Of a stretch of 64,000 bases of DNA, positions 60,605 to 64,000 are shown piece after piece. The stretch lies in the NCBI GenBank assembly GCA_050011435.1, contig JBEKJC010000001.1:85556-149555 (forward strand), read 5' to 3'. The position numbers and the translations under genes were made by a program. The first letter of the stretch is position 1. Each line of letters begins with the position of its first letter. This DNA comes from Candidatus Binataceae bacterium (GTDB lineage Bacteria > Desulfobacterota > Binatia > Binatales > Binataceae). Under the pieces are notes generated by a model. It was not told the origin of the DNA, did not search any database, and saw only the letters and a program-made list of their open reading frames with translations.

Positions 60605-62536
60605 CTATTTCACTTCCTTGAAGTCGGCGTCGACTACGTCTTCCTTGGGAGTTTCGCCGCCCGGTCCGGTCGCGCCGCCGTGGCCGTCGCTGGGACCGCC
60701 CGCCGCCCCAGCCGCGTCGCCGCCCGCTTGGCGGGTCTTGCTGTACATCGCCTCGGCCAGCTTATGCGAGGCAGTCGAGAGCGCCTCCGCCGCGCGATCG
60801 AGCTCTTCGGGCTCTTTGCCTTCGAGCTTGCTCTTGGCCGTCGCCAGCGCGTCTTCGACGCCTTTGCGCGACGCTTCGTCGAGCTGCGCCCCGTGCTCCC
60901 CGAGGGTCTTTTCGGTGGTATAGATGAGGTTGTCGAGCTTGTTGCGCGATTCCGCCAACGCACGCCGCTGCTTGTCGTCAGCCGCATGCTGCTCGGCCTC
61001 GTTCACCATCCGCTTGATCTCTTCCTCGTTGAGTCCCGAGGACGCCGTGATCCGAATCGACTGCTCCTTGTTAGTGCCAAGGTCCTTGGCGTGGACGTTG
61101 ACGATACCGTTGGCGTCGATATCGAAAGTCACTTCGATTTGCGGCAGGCCGCGCGGCGCCGAGGGAATTCCGATCAGGTCGAACTGCCCGAGCAGCTTGT
61201 TGTCGGCGGCCATCTCGCGCTCGCCCTGAAAGACGCGAATCGTCACGGCTGTCTGATTGTCCTGCGCGGTCGAGAAGACCTGGCTCTTGCGCGTCGGGAT
61301 CGTGGTGTTTTTGTCGATGAGCTTGGTGAACACGCCGCCGAGGGTCTCGATTCCTAGCGACAGCGGAGTCACGTCGAGCAGCAGGACATCCTTGACCTCG
61401 CCCTTGAGCACGCCGGCCTGAATCGCGGCGCCGATGGCGACCACCTCGTCAGGATTGACGCCCTTGTGACCTTCGCGGCCGAAGAGTTTCTTCACCCGCT
61501 CCTGCACCGCCGGCATGCGCGTCATGCCGCCCACCAACACCACTTCGTTGATGTCGCTGGTGCGCAGACCCGCATCCTTGAGCGCGGTCAAGCAGGGCGC
61601 GTCGAGCCGTTCCAGCAGGTCGGAGCAAAGCGCTTCGAGCTTGGCCCGCGTGAGCTTCATGTTGAGATGCTTGGGGCCTGACTGGTCCGCCGTGATAAAC
61701 GGCAGATTGATGTCGGTCTCCATCACGGTCGAGAGCTCGCACTTGGCCTTTTCGCCGGCTTCCTTGAGCCGCTGCAGGGCCATCCGATCCTTGCGGAGAT
61801 CGATAGCCTGGTCCTTTTTGAACTCGTCGGCGAGATAGTCGATGATGCGCTGGTCAAAGTCTTCGCCGCCGAGGAAGGTGTCGCCGTTGGTCGCCTTGAC
61901 CTCGAAAACGCCTTCACCAAGCTCCAGAATCGAGATGTCGAAGGTGCCCCCGCCGAGGTCGAAGACCGCGATCTTCTCGTCCTTCTTCTTGTCCAGACCG
62001 TAGGCCAGCGACGCCGCGGTGGGCTCATTGATGATGCGCAGGACGTTCAGCCCCGCGATGCGTCCCGCGTCCTTGGTCGCCTGGCGCTGGCTGTCGTTGA
62101 AGTAGGCCGGGACCGTGATCACCGCTTCGGTGACCTTTTCGCCAAGATAATCCTCAGCCGTCTGCTTCATCTTTTGCAGAACGAAGGCGGAAATTTCAGC
62201 CGGGCTATAACGCTTGTCGCGGATTTCGACCCAGGCCGCCCCGTCGTCATTCTTGAGCACCTTGTAGGGCAGAACCTTGAGCGCCTTTTGCACTTCCGGG
62301 TCTTCGAAGCGACGCCCCATCAAGCGTTTGATTGCGAAAATCGTGTTGGTCGGGTTGGTAATCGACTGGCGCTTGGCGATCTGCCCCACCAGCCGCTCGT
62401 TCGAATCGGTAAAGGCTACGACCGAAGGCGTGGTGCGTGCGCCCTCCGAGTTGGCGATCACCACCGGATCGCCACCCTCCATGATAGCTACGCAACTGTT
62501 GGTCGTACCCAGGTCGATTCCAATTACTTTGGCCAT
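60605..62536 (-). CDS. dnaK: Chaperone DnaK (Hsp70)
   Basis: [21 protein letters not shown] and other Hsp70 signatures. Confidence 0.95.
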   Translation of the reverse strand: MAKVIGIDLGTTNSCVAIMEGGDPVVIANSEGARTTPSVVAFTDSNERLVGQIAKRQSITNPTNTIFAIKRLMGRRFEDPEVQKALKVLPYKVLKNDDGAAWVEIRDKRYSPAEISAFVLQKMKQTAEDYLGEKVTEAVITVPAYFNDSQRQATKDAGRIAGLNVLRIINEPTAASLAYGLDKKKDEKIAVFDLGGGTFDISILELGEGVFEVKATNGDTFLGGEDFDQRIIDYLADEFKKDQAIDLRKDRMALQRLKEAGEKAKCELSTVMETDINLPFITADQSGPKHLNMKLTRAKLEALCSDLLERLDAPCLTALKDAGLRTSDINEVVLVGGMTRMPAVQERVKKLFGREGHKGVNPDEVVAIGAAIQAGVLKGEVKDVLLLDVTPLSLGIETLGGVFTKLIDKNTTIPTRKSQVFSTAQDNQTAVTIRVFQGEREMAADNKLLGQFDLIGIPSAPRGLPQIEVTFDIDANGIVNVHAKDLGTNKEQSIRITASSGLNEEEIKRMVNEAEQHAADDKQRRALAESRNKLDNLIYTTEKTLGEHGAQLDEASRKGVEDALATAKSKLEGKEPEELDRAAEALSTASHKLAEAMYSKTRQAGGDAAGAAGGPSDGHGGATGPGGETPKEDVVDADFKEVK

Positions 62537-62574
62537 TTTTAAGCAAACCTCTCAGACAGATCGATAATCACGTT

Positions 62575-63210
62575 TCAGCCGTTTTCAAGGCCGCCGTCGC
62601 CCGAATTGTTGCCAGGCTTCGGTCCGCCACGGCTGTTAGCCACGGCTACGCGCGCTGGACGCAGCGTGCGATCGCCGATCAGATAGCCGCGATGGAATTC
62701 GCTGACCACGGTGTTCGGCGGATGCTCCGCGCTGTGCACCTGATCGACCGCCTCATGCAGTTGCGGGTCGAATTGCTGGCCCACCGCGCTGACCTGCGTG
62801 ACGCCGTGGGAGCGCAGAAAGTCGAGCAGCGACCGCAGCACCATCTCGACCCCTGCGACGATCGGCTGATCCGCGCCACCCCCGGCGCGCGCGGCCTCGA
62901 CCGCACGCTCGAGGTTGTCGATGTTCGGTAGCAGGTCGCGCAGAAAATTCTCTCGCTGGACGCGGACACTTTCCTCGCTCTGCAGGCGGATCCGTTTGCG
63001 GGCGTTTTCCGCGTCCGCCAGAACGCGCAGGTATTTGTCCTTCAGCTCGGTCAGTTCCTTGTCTTTATCGGCTAGCTGCTGCTGCAAACGATCGACCTCT
63101 GAGCTTCCGGCAGCCTCGGGATCCTGCGGATTTTCGGCCCCCGAAGCATCGGCAAGGTCGGGCGAGACGGCATCTTTATTATCGTTATCCACTTCAGACC
63201 GCTTGTGCAT
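62575..63210 (-). CDS. grpE: Nucleotide exchange factor GrpE
   Basis: RVLADAENARKR...FHRGY motifs. Confidence 0.85.
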   Translation of the reverse strand: MHKRSEVDNDNKDAVSPDLADASGAENPQDPEAAGSSEVDRLQQQLADKDKELTELKDKYLRVLADAENARKRIRLQSEESVRVQRENFLRDLLPNIDNLERAVEAARAGGGADQPIVAGVEMVLRSLLDFLRSHGVTQVSAVGQQFDPQLHEAVDQVHSAEHPPNTVVSEFHRGYLIGDRTLRPARVAVANSRGGPKPGNNSGDGGLENG

Positions 63211-63340
63211 CCTTCGAAAATTTCACCTGCCTGAAACCTAAGCACGATACCGCGTTGCGCCAAGTGCGGCATCGTGAATTCTCGCAAATAAATCGCTGGT
63301 AGTGGCGATAGACGGCTGACGCGGAGTCGCGCGGCCCCGA

Positions 63341-64000
63341 CTAATGTTCCAGGACGCGGGAGAGGGCGCGAGCGGTATAGCTCACCAACGGGATAACGCG
63401 GTCGTAGTCCATCCGGACCGGGCCGACCACCGCAAGGCTGCCGAGCGTCATCGAGCCACTCGCGTAGGCCGCCGCGACCACGCTGAAGCCGGCCAGGCGC
63501 GCGTCGAAATTCTCCGAGCCGATCGAGATCATCGGGCCGGGATGGCTCAGGCTCTGTTCGAGCAACTCGAGCAGGGCGGTGCGGTCCTCGAGCGCGCGGA
63601 GCAATTCGCGCAGGCGATTGGGATTGGCGAACTCGGGCTGGTCGAGCGCCTTGCTGCTGCCGTCAACATAAACCTCGGTCGGCGCGGTACCGCGCGCGAT
63701 CGTCCCGCCGAGAATCAGAGCGGTATGCATGAAGCGATCGTAATTCGCGCGATCCTCCTTGAGCCGCTCCTCGATCCACATACGCGCCTGCTCGAGCGTG
63801 CGGCCGCGCAGCGATTCGTTGAGATAGCCCGCCATCCGATCGAGCTCGGCCTGGCTGTGATCGGCGTCGGTCTGAACGAAGCGGTTTTGCACCCCGCCCG
63901 CAACCGCGACGAAAACCGCCAGCACCTCGCGCTCGCGCAGACGCACGAACTGCACGCGTTCCAGTACGACGGCTTCGAGGCGCGGCGCCATCACGAGCGC
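63341..64000 (-). CDS. hrcA: Heat-inducible repressor HrcA, C-terminal part; N-terminus lies beyond the window
   Basis: Position upstream of grpE-dnaK-dnaJ and HrcA-like C-terminal sequence. Confidence 0.75.
   Translation of the reverse strand, partial: ALVMAPRLEAVVLERVQFVRLREREVLAVFVAVAGGVQNRFVQTDADHSQAELDRMAGYLNESLRGRTLEQARMWIEERLKEDRANYDRFMHTALILGGTIARGTAPTEVYVDGSSKALDQPEFANPNRLRELLRALEDRTALLELLEQSLSHPGPMISIGSENFDARLAGFSVVAAAYASGSMTLGSLAVVGPVRMDYDRVIPLVSYTARALSRVLEH

Overview
High-GC bacterial chromosomal window, about 65% GC, mostly densely coding, from a lineage I cannot name from sequence alone. Left edge: a four-gene soluble diiron monooxygenase (sMMO-like) cluster on the minus strand, with hydroxylase alpha and beta subunits, a coupling protein and a reductase that runs off the window. 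Next come a VOC-family protein and an MFS transporter. Then a glycogen/trehalose block (treZ, treY, glgB), an orphan FHA-domain membrane protein, phosphoglucomutase and phosphoketolase. A conserved but functionally uncharacterised triad follows: circularly permuted ATP-grasp, alpha-E domain and transglutaminase-like proteins. Further right: a redox accessory patch (PNPOx-like, TusA, DsbA/FrnE-like, three SDRs, a cupin, a bactofilin) riddled with interspersed repeats; a MoxR / DUF58 / VWA 'Bat-like' operon; endonuclease III; a 2-oxo-acid dehydrogenase E1alpha/E1beta/E2 operon; an M20 peptidase; a FIST plus DUF202 pair; a methyltransferase; an acyl-CoA dehydrogenase; a GAF sigma-54 activator; an initiator tRNA-fMet; an SCP2-thiolase/DUF35 pair; pyrE; aroE; and the dnaJ-dnaK-grpE-hrcA heat-shock operon. 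The most striking non-coding signal is a modular, mosaic family of intergenic repeats at 12 or more loci, built around a conserved hairpin GAAACCTC-NN(N)-GAGGTTTC with two to four flanking modules. These repeats flank single genes in inverted orientation and sit inside operon spacers. No CRISPR array, integrase or transposase was seen.
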